A stretch of DNA of 64,000 bases, taken from IMG/VR virus record IMGVR_UViG_3300021399_000098. The stretch is one strand, 5' to 3'. Of this stretch, positions 30,492 through 39,890 are shown one piece after another (within the stretch, counting starts at the first letter, position 1; each line of letters starts with the position of its first letter). The notes under the pieces are model-generated. The model did no database searches. It saw only the letters and a list, made by a program, of their open reading frames with translations, and was not told the DNA's origin. A program made the position numbers and the translations under genes. The stretch comes from a virus. Taxonomy: Duplodnaviria; Caudoviricetes.

Positions 30492-32684
30492 TTATACTCT
30501 ATTGTAATTTCTCATACCTTCCTCAACTTGTCTAGCTTCATTGAACGAACTGACACGTTTCAAGTATCCGATGATTCTAGTTAAGTAGTCCACATTGTGA
30601 CTTCCGCACTTAGGACACACCTCTAAGGTATCTTTGCTGATATACCCACAATCATTGCAAACTGTGTTCTTACAGTTGAACGTGAAATAACTGCATCCAT
30701 ACTCTGAAGCCACTCTTAACAATTGTCTATACTGGTCAAATGAAAGATGTTCATTGATGTTCAAATGGGCTGCTTGACCTCCATCTAGATACTTAACGAA
30801 ACTCTCTCCGTGCAACTTCATCTTATCTAGTATTGATAGTTCGGTATCCTCTGGATTAAAGAAATAGCTACTATACATCACATGCTTTGGAGAAACATAA
30901 TATCCGTCTTTCTTATCCCAATTATAGTTCTTGTTTGAAAGGTTCTCACCAGGAACAAACTCGGTGTTATACATGCAGTCTCTAGTCTTGTCCTTTCTGT
31001 TTGAAATGTTGATGGTTTCAAGGACATTGTTCACAAACTCCTCATAATCAGCATTTAGATTAGGCTCTATGCCAAGGAATTCTGCTGCATCTGTCAAACC
31101 ATTTACACCAACTGTAAGGTATTGCTTACGCATGTTAATGAATCCAGCTCTATACACATCTAGCATATTGGCATTTAGGAAATCCTTTATAATCTCATTA
31201 AATGCTCTTTGATACTTGTGTACCCTTTCAGTCATTTCGGTGATGCCGTTTGAAATATACTCATACAGCACCTTTTTGTCACTAACTTTATTGATGTCAA
31301 CCTTTGCACCGTTCTCTAGTTTAATACCTTCTATCTCTTCAAAATACTGTCTTGTAGCGTTCTGTATAACACGGTTAAGATTGATGGTCATAACTGACTT
31401 TGAACCAGTTGCTACGGACGCAGTACCCATAGAGAATTGGTGTGTGGTGTGGTTATGCTCATCATCCTCACCATCCTTAAGAGAGTTTCTAAGTCTGCAA
31501 CATGAACTTAATGAATCTGGTGAGTCACTTAAATAGCAGAAGAACGAATGTCCTTCAGCCCACATTTCAGCAGTGAAATCAGCATATTCCTTGTCAACTA
31601 TATCATGGCCATCTGTAAGCATTGCCATTGTCTCTACTGGGAACGTCAACACATATTTGTTTCTTTCCTCATTGAACCACTTCATAAACTTCTTTTGAAG
31701 CCAAGACAGTGTTTCCCACTTTGGTGCTGTTCCGTCTGGGAATCTGAATTCCCCAAATACTCCATCAAAATAGTTCTTGTCGAAATATCCGACATTCCAA
31801 AATACAGTTTGATAACCACGATTACCTGCTGGCATATTCATTGAATGAACTACTTGTTGGAATGCATTTTCAATGACTTGTTCAAGTGTTCTACCCTTTC
31901 TGTTTAGTTCAACAACCTTATCTAATATTGTTAGATAATCATCACCATAGTCTTTTCTGATGAAATAATCCATATACATTAGGAATTCAGGCGTAGCCAC
32001 AGCACCCATAAACTGTGATGACACAGAATATACAAGGTTTATAAACTCTCCACAATATGATTTAAGGTCGGTTGGAGCTTTTGACTGACCACCTAAATTT
32101 CTTAATCCATCCACCAAGAACGGATACATTGTGATTGCCACGCAGTATGGGTATCCTGGAGTTCCACTCTCGTCATGCTTATATAACACATGACTTTCCA
32201 AGTCTTTAATGTACTGGTCTGCAAGTTTCTTAGAATATAATGCTCTAATTTTGTTGTGCATTATATATCTGTTCTGCATAATATTTTTCCCTTTATGAAG
32301 CTCTTGGCCTAGGGTTACAACATTTTTGTTTTCTACATTGGCATTTGAGTCGTATTTTGAACCTGTTGATGCATTTGATGCGTTGATGTAATCTTGAATG
32401 AAATCTCTGTCTTTCTGCAACACATGCTGCTTACCTTCTTTTTCCTCATAGTTCTTAATGTAAGCTCTAGCCACTTTTTTGTTTACTGACATCAAAGCTT
32501 CTTCAACTTGTCTGCGTATTTCCTTTGAGCTTATCTTGTCATAAATGAAAAGATTCTTAATTAATGATTCAATAAGTCCATCAGGACAAACCTCATTTAC
32601 AGCTACATATGCCTCGCAAATTCCATGTTTTACTTTCGAAGGGTTATATTCTTCAAAGTATCCTTCGCTTTTTCGTACTTCCAT
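30492..32684 (-). CDS. nrdD: Anaerobic (class III) ribonucleoside-triphosphate reductase with ATP cone
   Basis: N-terminal ATP cone; SCCRL finger loop; CNDCG...CPKCGS Zn site; glycyl-radical loop TRIIGYL. Confidence 0.95.
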   Translation of the reverse strand: MEVRKSEGYFEEYNPSKVKHGICEAYVAVNEVCPDGLIESLIKNLFIYDKISSKEIRRQVEEALMSVNKKVARAYIKNYEEKEGKQHVLQKDRDFIQDYINASNASTGSKYDSNANVENKNVVTLGQELHKGKNIMQNRYIMHNKIRALYSKKLADQYIKDLESHVLYKHDESGTPGYPYCVAITMYPFLVDGLRNLGGQSKAPTDLKSYCGEFINLVYSVSSQFMGAVATPEFLMYMDYFIRKDYGDDYLTILDKVVELNRKGRTLEQVIENAFQQVVHSMNMPAGNRGYQTVFWNVGYFDKNYFDGVFGEFRFPDGTAPKWETLSWLQKKFMKWFNEERNKYVLTFPVETMAMLTDGHDIVDKEYADFTAEMWAEGHSFFCYLSDSPDSLSSCCRLRNSLKDGEDDEHNHTTHQFSMGTASVATGSKSVMTINLNRVIQNATRQYFEEIEGIKLENGAKVDINKVSDKKVLYEYISNGITEMTERVHKYQRAFNEIIKDFLNANMLDVYRAGFINMRKQYLTVGVNGLTDAAEFLGIEPNLNADYEEFVNNVLETINISNRKDKTRDCMYNTEFVPGENLSNKNYNWDKKDGYYVSPKHVMYSSYFFNPEDTELSILDKMKLHGESFVKYLDGGQAAHLNINEHLSFDQYRQLLRVASEYGCSYFTFNCKNTVCNDCGYISKDTLEVCPKCGSHNVDYLTRIIGYLKRVSSFNEARQVEEGMRNYNRV

Positions 32685-32905
32685 TAAAACAAAACGTTTT
32701 TATTCATTATTTTCATGTTCAATCGGTTAACCTTTTAATTTTTTTCAATCTAGATGTAAGAATAAATATGCCAAAATCATTCAAAAATTTCCAAAAAATA
32801 AAAAAAAATTGGCCATCAAATTGTAAACCTTTGATAGCCAAAATAATCTCTGAAAAAAAAAAATTTTTTTTAATTTTAGCGTCAAAAAAACTATTTTTAA
32901 TATAT

Positions 32906-34309
32906 TTAATTAGTCTTTTTTGAAAAGCTTTTCACTATTTCAGCTTGGAGTTTTATCTTATCATCTTCCTTCTTTTTCTTAACCTCTAAAAGACTGTCCA
33001 TTTCATTGACATTATCAGTGCTGATGCGGCATGTACCGTTGTTGAACTCAACGTTATCAAAGACTTTTCCGCTCTTTCCTGCACGATTTTTAAGGATAGC
33101 TATTGTTGCCTTATTGTCAGCGATGTCTTCTACAGTTCTTGCGATTGACATGATTACGTGAGCTATCTGTGCTTTCTTCACAGAACCGCCTATCTTATCC
33201 ATTGTAACCAACTCTAAGTTGATTGAGTCTTTTGTTCCTTGCGATGGAATCCAAATGGCCATGTCAAGCTCACCAGCCATTGCTTCAAACCTACGCATGG
33301 TTTTACCTTCCTTTTCAAACTCGTTGGTGATTGACTTGTCAGTTTCATGCTCCAAGCACTCGAAATAGTCAATAATTGTTAAGTCTGGTTTAAAACCACT
33401 GTTTATCAACCTTTTGATATACCTTTCAATTTGCCTAGCTGTTTTTTCACCACTTGGAAACTTAACAATTCTTAAATTCTTTTGAAGTTCTTCCTTCTGT
33501 GGAAAACTATCAATTGTAGCCCTTACATAGTCTATGTTACTAGGTTTTGAAAGGTCTTTGGCTTCAATACCTGTAATACGTCCTATGTGCTTCCTTTGAA
33601 TTTGCTTAATCCTATCCTCAAATACAATCTGCAAAACCTTATATCCGTTACAAGCTGCATGTGAAGCCATTGCAGTTGTAAGACTAGTTTTACCGAATGA
33701 AGTAGGCCCAATTATAACTCCTAACTCACCTTTACCTAGGCCACCCTCTAATACCTCGTCAATTTTACCAATACCTGTTGGAATTGGAACTCTATAATCA
33801 TCCGAAAGAGTTTCATTCAAATGGTCAAACAAACTCTCCCCAAAATCATTGTGGATACCCTTTGCCATTGCATCGTTCAAAAGACCGACACAAGCCTCAT
33901 ATTTATCGGTATCGCCATTACCAGCTATTTTCAGTATTTCATTGGCAGTTTTGATTATGTTTTGTTGCCTAAAGAATTTTTCTGCCAACTCTCTTATCCT
34001 TTCCACACCATCACTTTCTGTAGTCTTGACTTTTTCAAGAATTGCGAGATAAATTTCAGTCTCTTTTTCTGAGTGTGAAATATCTCGCAATTCAATTTCC
34101 ATCATTTCATATGAGGGAACATTACCTTTCCTCTCATAGTAGTTTTTCATAACTCCTACAAATGTTTTCAGATTTGGGTCAGTAAACATATTTTGGTCTA
34201 ATATGGCACTCAAATCTTCAAAAAATGTGTGGTTTTCCATGAACTCATGGGCAAGTCTATACTGAAATCCTTCTCCTAGATACCCTAAGTTGTTTTTATT
34301 TTGAGCCAT
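32906..34309 (-). CDS. Replicative DNA helicase (DnaB / T4 gp41-like)
   Basis: IPTGIGKIDEVLEGGLGKGEL; Walker A GPTSFGKT; IIDYFE; ILKNRAG. Confidence 0.9.
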   Translation of the reverse strand: MAQNKNNLGYLGEGFQYRLAHEFMENHTFFEDLSAILDQNMFTDPNLKTFVGVMKNYYERKGNVPSYEMMEIELRDISHSEKETEIYLAILEKVKTTESDGVERIRELAEKFFRQQNIIKTANEILKIAGNGDTDKYEACVGLLNDAMAKGIHNDFGESLFDHLNETLSDDYRVPIPTGIGKIDEVLEGGLGKGELGVIIGPTSFGKTSLTTAMASHAACNGYKVLQIVFEDRIKQIQRKHIGRITGIEAKDLSKPSNIDYVRATIDSFPQKEELQKNLRIVKFPSGEKTARQIERYIKRLINSGFKPDLTIIDYFECLEHETDKSITNEFEKEGKTMRRFEAMAGELDMAIWIPSQGTKDSINLELVTMDKIGGSVKKAQIAHVIMSIARTVEDIADNKATIAILKNRAGKSGKVFDNVEFNNGTCRISTDNVNEMDSLLEVKKKKEDDKIKLQAEIVKSFSKKTN

Positions 34310-34334
34310 CAAAAAACCAATTTACTATGATTAT

Positions 34335-35129
34335 TTAGTATAAATTCTTAAAATATTTATCTGTTTTCCTTTGAACTGAACGCTCCCAATCCCTTTCCAT
34401 CTTCTTATTAGCAAGGTACAAGCTGTATGAATACTTCTTGTGTTTTGATGGGTCTCCAGACTTTTTGTCATTTCCATACTCTTCAATGACAGTGTATTTA
34501 CTCAAATATTTATTGTTGTCTTTAGGGTCAAAATAACCCTTCTGACTGTTCTTAATCTCCTCCTTTGACGGAGAACAAGCCTCACAAATCTTCTTGGTAA
34601 TCTGTAACAACACATCAGGCTTGTCAATTATCATAGCCCTCAACACCTCATGCTCAAATGAAAGACGGTCTTCGTTTGACTTAAAGAACGAATCCTTGTC
34701 ATAAGCATACGTCTGTCCTTCCTTTGTAGTGACCTTTACAGTCTTATTGCCCAAATCAACCTTTTCACGAATATACTTAGGATAAGCATATCCATCCCAA
34801 ATCTTAGTGATTACATCACGCTTGTTGTCAGAAATGACAAGCTTGAAAGTGCAAGCCCAAGGGTCAATCAGCGGAGAATGGAACTCATCGCTCTCATCTT
34901 GCATCTGTGGATTGTAGTAATACCACGTGTAAACCCTACTCTTTGACTTCAAATCGTCATCAATAATTTTCACGATTTCATCTACCTTTTCCTTGAACTC
35001 CAACGTGTTCATGCTGTTTTCAATGAAATTGTAGATTCTAAAATTTCTCTTACAAATGATGTTGTCGTTTACATAGACGGTAAACTCAAACCTCTCTTCT
35101 TTGTAATCTTTGATTTCTTTGTTTTCCAT
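34335..35129 (-). CDS. Hypothetical protein (264 aa), probably co-transcribed with the helicase
   Basis: ORF with an upstream promoter. Confidence 0.75.
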   Translation of the reverse strand: MENKEIKDYKEERFEFTVYVNDNIICKRNFRIYNFIENSMNTLEFKEKVDEIVKIIDDDLKSKSRVYTWYYYNPQMQDESDEFHSPLIDPWACTFKLVISDNKRDVITKIWDGYAYPKYIREKVDLGNKTVKVTTKEGQTYAYDKDSFFKSNEDRLSFEHEVLRAMIIDKPDVLLQITKKICEACSPSKEEIKNSQKGYFDPKDNNKYLSKYTVIEEYGNDKKSGDPSKHKKYSYSLYLANKKMERDWERSVQRKTDKYFKNLY

Positions 35130-35185
35130 AAAAAATTGTTAAAAATTAAACATATGTGAATACTCTCGTTTTTCAAATTTCAATG

Positions 35186-35217
35186 CAAAGATATGAAAAA
35201 AAATGTTAAAATCCAAA
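35186..35217 (-). promoter_or_regulatory. Bacteroidota-type promoter
   Basis: Minus strand TTTG-N20-TATCTTTG. Confidence 0.78.
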
Positions 35218-35224
35218 ATTTAAT

Positions 35225-36385
35225 TTAACTTTTTTTTAAAAATTCTTTAAAACGCCTCTTTTCCATCATTATTATCCTAGAATATGGTGAAAACACTTCA
35301 CTGAATTTATTCTCATCGGAAAGTTGGCTCATTTCATTTTCATTTATTATCATATATACATTCTTCATATCCCTATCACTTGTATCTATGGGAGCATATA
35401 ACACGTCCGAAAGTTCCTTAACAGCCTCATCGGTCATTAACGGTTCTGACAAATCAATTATTTTTTGATTGATTTCATATAACTTATCCCCTTGACACCC
35501 ATCTGTGATGCCGTTAACGATGTTTTCAAGCGATTTGAGCGGTTTTTTCTTGGCTTCCTTCCTCTCTTCCAACAACTCCTTAGAACGCGCTATAACGGCC
35601 TCTAAATTCATTTTTTCAGTCTTAATCTGAGGAAAAAGTTTAATTAATGTCTGCTCGCCAATACCCTTAACACCTTTTATGTTATCAGACACATCACCAC
35701 ACAGAATTTTTTCAAGCACAACATTCTCATGTGTAATGCCTATCTTCTCAACTGAGTTATCCTTTGTTATGAAATCCTTCATTCTAGGGTTGTACACTAT
35801 GACATCTTCGCATATCAACTGTGTTAGGTCTTTGTCAGAAGAGACAATTACAACCTTTTCATTCTCTTGTCTGTTTTTAACACAATAACTTATGACATCA
35901 TCACCCTCTACATTCTCAAACTCATACTGCCTGACACAAAGTTCTTCCAATATACTACTTATTATGGATTTTTGCCTCTTGAAGGACAATTCCTCTTCTT
36001 TCTTCAGCTTATTGGCATTATAATCCAAAACCATTTTTTGGTAAGCTATCAGCTTTTTTTCATAATCACTTAAATTTGGGTCATGCAACTCATAGTGCTT
36101 GTCTCTGTTGGCTTTATAGTCCTCATACAGCTTCCATCTGAGCACACCACTACCTGTACCATCCCAACACACTGTGCAATAATTGAAATCCTTCTTATTC
36201 AATATAGTACCTAGTATTCTTAGGAATGACACAACTGCGCCATACTCTTGGCCGCTACTGTTCATGGTTTTATCAACTAGGGATATTTTCAATAGGTTGT
36301 TTCCATCAACAACTAAACTGTATATGGCTTCCTTATTGGAAATACCATTTGCCACTGCTCTACTTTTCTTTATCGGTTGTTTCAT
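35225..36385 (-). CDS. 5'-3' exonuclease / flap endonuclease (T4 RNase H, Pol I N-terminal family)
   Basis: VVDGNNL; CWD; YKANR; EGDDVI; SSDKDLTQL; H3TH motif GDVSDNIKGVKGIGEQT. Confidence 0.92.
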   Translation of the reverse strand: MKQPIKKSRAVANGISNKEAIYSLVVDGNNLLKISLVDKTMNSSGQEYGAVVSFLRILGTILNKKDFNYCTVCWDGTGSGVLRWKLYEDYKANRDKHYELHDPNLSDYEKKLIAYQKMVLDYNANKLKKEEELSFKRQKSIISSILEELCVRQYEFENVEGDDVISYCVKNRQENEKVVIVSSDKDLTQLICEDVIVYNPRMKDFITKDNSVEKIGITHENVVLEKILCGDVSDNIKGVKGIGEQTLIKLFPQIKTEKMNLEAVIARSKELLEERKEAKKKPLKSLENIVNGITDGCQGDKLYEINQKIIDLSEPLMTDEAVKELSDVLYAPIDTSDRDMKNVYMIINENEMSQLSDENKFSEVFSPYSRIIMMEKRRFKEFLKKS

Positions 36386-36746
36386 ACTCTACTACTCTAA
36401 CTGAAAGATTCTTCTCTTTCATTATATCTATCATATGCTTAGTTCCATGAGACTTGCCATCCCAGAAAGCTATTAATGCATCTGCAATGTTACCCATCTG
36501 TTCATTTCTGCGAAAGCCAGCAGACTTACCATACTTATCCCATTGGGCAGGATATACCTCCAAGTCAAAACCCTCTTCTTTGGCATATTTTTCACCCAAC
36601 GTATCAGCACCGCGTGCATGACCACTTATCACAACAATATTGGAATTTTGCCTCTTATCCCTAAGATATTTGTTGCACTGTTCCTTTAACAGTTTGTAAT
36701 TGCTGAAACCACGTGAGCCAGCTATGATTACTTTTAAAGTATTCAT
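36360..36746 (-). CDS. SLOG-superfamily protein (YspA/DUF2493-like)
   Basis: IIAGSRGF; SGHARGADTLG; AGFRRNEQM; AFWDGKSHGT. Confidence 0.85.
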   Translation of the reverse strand: MNTLKVIIAGSRGFSNYKLLKEQCNKYLRDKRQNSNIVVISGHARGADTLGEKYAKEEGFDLEVYPAQWDKYGKSAGFRRNEQMGNIADALIAFWDGKSHGTKHMIDIMKEKNLSVRVVEYETTDKEK

Positions 36747-36762
36747 AATTGTTTTTTTATTG

Positions 36763-36793
36763 CAAATATATATAAAAAAAGTTAAATTTCAAA
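36763..36793 (-). promoter_or_regulatory. Bacteroidota-type promoter
   Basis: Minus strand TTTG-N19-TATATTTG. Confidence 0.75.
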
Positions 36794-36829
36794 ATAAAAA
36801 AGTATTTATTATTACATAAAATATGCATT

Positions 36830-38797
36830 ATGAAATATAATATAACAAAAGAACAATACAAAAGAATACTAATCGAATCCAATGTTAACAATTGGATTGA
36901 TGAGTCTATTCAGTTATACGAAGATGAAGAAGGTGGCAACGACATAAAATCAGTTAACGACAAATACATAAAAAATGCCAAAAACAAAATTAACCAAAGA
37001 ATAACTGATAAATTTTCAAGTGGTGACGAACATTTAGCTCAAAAAGCTAATGAGATTGGCATAAATTTTGACTACGATGCTGAAAAGTTGATGAATCAGA
37101 AAAAACAACTGTTCAAACGTTTGAATGTTAATTCAAGAATAACATCAACCATAAAAAAAGTCATTGGAATACTTAGAAAAGTTACTGCAAAAGATGGTGG
37201 AATTCAACACAAAAAACTTATTCAAATGTGCAATGCAAAGCCTAGTCAAACATATGGAATGTCATATGAACAAATACTAAGATACAAAGACTTTATAGAT
37301 AGCCAAGACTTAAGGTACTTATATGATAATTCTGTGTTAGGTGTAGATGATAAAGTAAAAAAATTTGGAGTTACCGTTAATGATAAAGGTAAAACTTCAT
37401 ATAAAAACTTAAACTTCAATAACATAACTCCTGAACATCTAAAACAATGGATGGGTGGAGGTGAAGGTAAAAACAAAAGAAGCTTAAAATTCACCGAAGA
37501 CATGGCTATAGTGCAAATGAAAAGCAACATAGTCGATAGATACTTGATGAGTGAATATGGTATTTCTTTCAACGTTCCTAATTTTTCTTTAGGTAACGAA
37601 AAAGTGAAAGGTGCTCTTATGATTAACTTTACATCAGCGTTTAGATGTCCTGCTTGGAATGAATGTATTGTAAAACATGCTTGTTACGCTAGAGCTGGTG
37701 AGGGTACATATTATGACAACCAAAAAACTAGTAATGACAAAAAGCACTTAATGTGGGAAGCTTGTCAAGGAGACCCAGAACTAACAGAATACGTTTATGA
37801 AATGCTAAAAGCATATGTTGTTAATTGGGGCGATGTTGCTAAAGAAATTGGTGCTAATGACGAAGAAATAGAAGAATTAATATCCAAAAACTTTTCCGAA
37901 ATAGAAGACCAAAACACATTATATGCAATTAAAAACCATGTTAGAGTGCATGATGTTAGACTTAACGAAAACGGAGATTTCATTGGTCAATGGCTATTAG
38001 ATGAATTTGACAGAATTGCAGGAGATTTTAAAGTTATAGGTGTTAACACTGCCGCATATTCTTGTAGAAACCTAAACTTTACAGGTATAAAAAACATTGT
38101 AATCAATGCATCTAGAATGATAATGGAAGGTGATGCAATTGCAAGATATTTCTATGCAATACCTGAAAAAATGTATGATGCATTTGAAGATACATATGAA
38201 AGTAAAGACATTGTAAATGACTATAATGCAGTACACAGAGTACCAAAACCTTTGGTCAATGCAAAAGGTCAGCCAAATGGCTCATTCTACTACAAATGCC
38301 CATGCAGTAGAGAAGATTTCACAATAGATGGTGTGGCATCTGCTAGTGGAAAAGGGAAAAAAGTGCATGTCAACTGTTATCAATGCCATTTATGTTACGA
38401 GGCACCTGATGAGGAAATGAAAAACATTTTGAAACAAGGAAATGGTAAATTCTTTGTGTTTGTAAAAGCTCACGGTTCAAAAGCGAATGAACTAACAGGT
38501 AAACGCGAAGCAGAAATAATAAACAAGGTGGGTGTTCCTCAATCATACCAAGTAGGACTTAGAGCTAGCGGAAAAGATTATGTGTATGATAAAAACCTAA
38601 ACATGAAAGAATCCGTTAACCAAAACAAACCACTAATAACAGAAAATGCTGCTGCAAACGAAGCATATAACATTATTGCTAGCAATGCAATATATAGCAT
38701 GAATGAAAAAGTAAAAGGCTTAATGGCTGAAAGCAAAGAAAACTTCTTCACTGCTAGCGTTAATAAAATATTAAACGAAAAAAAGGTTAAGAACTAA
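36830..38797 (+). CDS. Gp88-like Cys-cluster protein with long terminal extensions (655 aa)
   Basis: GNEKV...RCPAWNECIVKHACYARAG and VRLNENGDF resemble the phage Gp88 family (CP..C....CYA; R.H.SGDF). Second cluster CPC...CYQCHLC. Confidence 0.6.
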   Translation: MKYNITKEQYKRILIESNVNNWIDESIQLYEDEEGGNDIKSVNDKYIKNAKNKINQRITDKFSSGDEHLAQKANEIGINFDYDAEKLMNQKKQLFKRLNVNSRITSTIKKVIGILRKVTAKDGGIQHKKLIQMCNAKPSQTYGMSYEQILRYKDFIDSQDLRYLYDNSVLGVDDKVKKFGVTVNDKGKTSYKNLNFNNITPEHLKQWMGGGEGKNKRSLKFTEDMAIVQMKSNIVDRYLMSEYGISFNVPNFSLGNEKVKGALMINFTSAFRCPAWNECIVKHACYARAGEGTYYDNQKTSNDKKHLMWEACQGDPELTEYVYEMLKAYVVNWGDVAKEIGANDEEIEELISKNFSEIEDQNTLYAIKNHVRVHDVRLNENGDFIGQWLLDEFDRIAGDFKVIGVNTAAYSCRNLNFTGIKNIVINASRMIMEGDAIARYFYAIPEKMYDAFEDTYESKDIVNDYNAVHRVPKPLVNAKGQPNGSFYYKCPCSREDFTIDGVASASGKGKKVHVNCYQCHLCYEAPDEEMKNILKQGNGKFFVFVKAHGSKANELTGKREAEIINKVGVPQSYQVGLRASGKDYVYDKNLNMKESVNQNKPLITENAAANEAYNIIASNAIYSMNEKVKGLMAESKENFFTASVNKILNEKKVKN

Positions 38798-38814
38798 CTC
38801 TTAACCTTTTTTTT
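38778..38814. terminator. Bidirectional intrinsic terminator between convergent genes
   Basis: AAAAAAAGGTTAAGA-actaac-TCTTAACCTTTTTTTT perfect inverted repeat with A- and T-tails. Confidence 0.88.
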
Positions 38815-38820
38815 ATGTCA

Positions 38821-39435
38821 TTATCTGTATGCTGCCACACAAGCATATTCCATAGGATTCTTACCCTTCTTCATAATAGCCTCTAGCTTTGCAATCTGTT
38901 CTCTTATTTCATAAAGGTTATCATTTGCTCTCAGCACAATTTCACGAAGACCAACCAACCTACCATCTGGAGAACCGTTAATTGCCTCCGTATGTCCAAA
39001 CAACCTAGTGCACTCTGACTTGCTTATTCCGACCAAAAGGCACTGCACGTCCTCAACAATGGCTTTAAGCTTCCAACTGACTCTTTCAATAAGCTCAGTT
39101 CCAACATACTGTTTCTGCTCATATATGAGGTTAAGAAGCTCAGAATGCTTCATCGTCAAACTAGCAATTGCCTTACGGACATCTGCTTGGCTCTTGAGGT
39201 ACTTTACAAGGTCAGCAGAGCCTCCACGTCCATGACGAAGAACACCACTTTCCTTGTCAAAGAACTTCACCAACATTCTAACTGGAACATACGGTGATTT
39301 TCTATCATACACGTCTGCCGAAATAACAGACTTTACAAAACACATGGCACTCTTAATGTCAATGTACTCAATGCCATCAAGCAGATGAGGGTCGTAGGAT
39401 ATTTTATCCCTCTTGGTAACTTTAACTTTTTTCAT
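38821..39435 (-). CDS. Hypothetical protein (204 aa)
   Basis: ORF abutting the upstream gene. Confidence 0.7.
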   Translation of the reverse strand: MKKVKVTKRDKISYDPHLLDGIEYIDIKSAMCFVKSVISADVYDRKSPYVPVRMLVKFFDKESGVLRHGRGGSADLVKYLKSQADVRKAIASLTMKHSELLNLIYEQKQYVGTELIERVSWKLKAIVEDVQCLLVGISKSECTRLFGHTEAINGSPDGRLVGLREIVLRANDNLYEIREQIAKLEAIMKKGKNPMEYACVAAYR

Positions 39436-39813
39436 TTATCTAACGTATTCACAATCTTCCCAATATGAAGGTAAATTAAGTGCGCAAGTGGACGAAATCT
39501 TAAAAATGTTTCCCCTAGCCTCGTCTTTTAAAAAAGTATATATAGCATTTCTTATAAGAGGATTAAGCTCTTTCATTTGCGCATCTGTAAGATGCTCATG
39601 ATGAAAATCTTCAATATTATATCTAACATATGCTGCAATTGCTTTTGCTTTAAAATTAAGGTTATTTTCTAACTTATTTTTAAAGCTATCAAACATCCTT
39701 AAAACTTTTCTTTTTTCATTAGGACTAGATGTCTTAAAACCATTTATCAACAAATCCCTTATTTCAACATTTTCGTAACTGTTGAAAATATCCATTAATT
39801 CTTTAACTCTCAT
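39436..39813 (-). CDS. Hypothetical protein (MRVKELMDIF...)
   Basis: Start moved to ATG 39813 because the longer ORF start overlaps the promoter at 39834-39864. Confidence 0.7.
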   Translation of the reverse strand: MRVKELMDIFNSYENVEIRDLLINGFKTSSPNEKRKVLRMFDSFKNKLENNLNFKAKAIAAYVRYNIEDFHHEHLTDAQMKELNPLIRNAIYTFLKDEARGNIFKISSTCALNLPSYWEDCEYVR

Positions 39814-39833
39814 AATTAATCTTTTTTTTTTTG

Positions 39834-39864
39834 CAAATATACGAAAAAAAATTGAATTACCAAA
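39834..39864 (-). promoter_or_regulatory. Bacteroidota-type promoter
   Basis: Minus strand TTTG-N19-TATATTTG. Confidence 0.78.
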
Positions 39865-39890
39865 ACGATAATCCAATTTTTTAACATTTT

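Noticed and set aside
32685-32905. 220-nt AT-rich intergenic gap upstream of nrdD as an ncRNA or replication origin
   Set aside because: Mostly A/T homopolymer runs with no convincing stem or iterons; cannot be supported.
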